Positions 62,201 through 64,000 of a stretch of 64,000 nt of DNA are shown one piece after another. Below the pieces are notes generated by a model. It saw only the letters and a list, made by a program, of their open reading frames with translations. It was not told the origin of the DNA and did no database searches. The position numbers were made by a program, and so were the translations under genes. The stretch is taken from the NCBI GenBank assembly GCA_964016885.1, contig OZ024741.1, positions 180,296,001-180,360,000 of the forward strand. The letters are read 5' to 3'. Numbering within the stretch: position 1 is the stretch's first letter; each line of letters starts with the position of its first letter. The DNA comes from Eledone cirrhosa (Eukaryota).

Positions 62201-63819
62201 AAAGTGGTCATGGAGGTGTCACGGCAAAAAAGCACCCAGCCCACACTGTAAATGAGGTTGGTGTTAGGAAGGGCATCCAGCTGTAGAAATCAAGCCAGAA
62301 TCAGTTCTTGTATGAGCAAGACAAGGTCAGCCGACCGGACACTGCCCACAACAGGACAACCCGTCTAACTCATGCTAGCGTGGAAGAACGGGCATAAAAC
62401 AGTGATGATGATGATATGTGTTCCAATTAATTTTGAAAATAATCAATATTTCAAAGAATTTAATGAAATAACTATGATTTTCATTAGTCAGCTGATATGT
62501 AAAACATTATTCAACAAAAATTTCTAAAATAATATCTTGACAAGTTTTTATATAAGGATATACATATTGAAATGAACTGTTTTTATTATAAATCGAGGGT
62601 GGTTTCATATCAAAAAGACTAGATTGGTTGATATCAATCCCCCTGTGTTGGTGAGACTTTCTAGAGGGTTAGTTAAACTTTGGGACCAAAACCTGACATT
62701 TGGATTAGAAATAAAAAATATATGAAATTCAACTTGTTTATACTGGTTTCTGATTTATATATAACTAGCAGTGGTACCCAGCGTTGCACGGGATAAGGTA
62801 TTGTGAAATATATAACCGCCTTAGCTAAGTTTAGTATTGCCACAACCACGGCTGGCAAAGAAGTAAGGGTCTGGTGGTATGTAAGTAAGCAATACTGTGG
62901 CTTAAAATGTGAGGAAGAAGTTGTGTGCACTTACCAACTGTTTGGGGAATGAGTGTGAGATTTGTCTTGAGCAAGGGTGGCAGAATAACGGGAGGCAGCA
63001 GACAGCCAGACATACAGACAGATATTATAAGGGCACAACGTTATATGTATGTATCTATCTAAAAAGAGAAAGACTAAGAATTATAGAGAGAGATCGCTAA
63101 ATCGCCTAATGCGGTCCCTAGGGCATTGAAAATTGGAAATTGTTTTTGCTCAGAACACTCCATGAAACATAAGTATTACATGTGTAAAGTTTGAAAACAG
63201 TCGGTTGGGTGCTTCTCTAGTTTTAGGGATTCAAACTCACACACACACAGACAGACATCCTCAGTTTTATATATAGAGATTAGATTTTATTGTCTATTTT
63301 ATATTCTGCTTACTGATTTATTTATTTACTTATTTAATTTTATACATGCCTAGTGTTGATGGGTATCAAGGGTTTCTTGAAGGGTTTGATGAGAGGCCAA
63401 AGCTTCTATGAGCAGGTGGATGTGGGGGTCAAAGATCATATGATGAGGTTGATTGTATGAAGGGGTCAATGGGGGTGGTCAAGGATTCCATGAAGGGATC
63501 AATGGTGTAAAATAGTTGGGGATTCCTGGTTTAGTTACAGACTAGACAACACTGCCTTGTGCCCATGGTATAATAATTAATTTGTTTGTTGTTACAGAGT
63601 GACTGTCCATATAGCCTGAAAGTATACATTGACGCATGTATACACTTGGCTACATCCCTCAAACAACTGGACATCCTTCCTCCTCTACCACTCAATTCAC
63701 TTCTCACTGAAGGCTTGAGTATGAAGAAACAGCATGAAATAACTGCCATGTCAAATCTTGTCCATAACTTGGCCTCTCGTGCTAACATTCACACATTGAT
63801 TGATGTTGGGTCTGGTCTG
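59121..63819 (+). CDS. METTL25/RRNAD1(METTL25B)-family methyltransferase, 5' part, join(59121..59282, 60986..61051, 63598..63819), continuing beyond the window
   Basis: GT-AG phase-0 introns. FFVEEVWKKAPDGWLEYL..L, KKQHEI and the SAM motif IDVGSG match the METTL25/RRNAD1 family; the paralog is uncertain. Confidence 0.85.
60986..61051 (+). CDS. METTL25-family coding exon 2 (WLEYLTSLSTEQLKQLTGGTTT)
   Basis: tttgtAG acceptor and GTAAAT donor, in frame. Confidence 0.8.
61325..61575 (+). mobile_element. 3' end of the Expander/Rex3-like RTE family seen at 32108
   Basis: GRRPRGRP-type coding remnant and taggcgaagaagaag terminus. Confidence 0.75.
62031..62415 (+). mobile_element. tRNA-head SINE with RTE-derived tail
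   Basis: Highly similar to 6811-7203. Confidence 0.8.
62765..63279 (-). mobile_element. Non-autonomous Helitron
   Basis: On the minus strand it starts A|TCTCTATATATAAAA and ends with the hairpin cccgtgcaacgctggg followed by CTAG|T; no TSD. Confidence 0.65.
63598..63819 (+). CDS. METTL25-family coding exon 3 (…KKQHEITAMSNLV…IDVGSGL)
   Basis: ttacAG acceptor and GTAAGT donor. Confidence 0.88.
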
Positions 63820-64000
63820 GTAAGTATCGCTTCTTCCATTGAATCTAGTCAAAAGTGGTTTTGAGAAAATCTTTTTTTCCTTTTTTTTTAAGTTATTATT
63901 TTTTTCATTAGTTTATTTATATCATTCATTTATGAATAATAATGAATGCAGGTATAGAAAAATGGTTAAGAATGTCACTTCATAATCGCGAAGGGCCATT

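Overview
This is AT-rich, microsatellite-laden animal genomic DNA. The SINE and RTE repertoire resembles octopus (coleoid cephalopod) repeats; that is an inference. Four spliced housekeeping genes can be rebuilt by hand from GT-AG exons: PET100 (minus, 4 exons, 77 aa), ISCA1 (plus, 4 exons, 126 aa), EXOSC3/RRP40 (minus, 4 exons, 254 aa) and the first three coding exons of a METTL25/RRNAD1-family methyltransferase (plus, running off the window end). The rest is mostly mobile DNA: a full-length frameshifted mariner, RTE LINEs (one with a PHD-like finger after the RT), a twin-primed RTE with a 10-bp TSD, two tandem CRE-clade RLE retrotransposon ends, tRNA-derived SINEs, hAT and pogo-like MITEs, Helitron-like elements and a 34-bp minisatellite. 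The most striking unannotated signal is about 15 minimal type-I hammerhead ribozyme motifs of the Penelope-like-element (PLE) kind. Many are packed as fold-back inverted repeats into the (TA)n island between the divergent PET100 and ISCA1 genes. They include compensatory U3-A8 core variants, a repeated U4A core variant and one motif with a long branched stem II. All folds were derived by eye and need computational and experimental confirmation.
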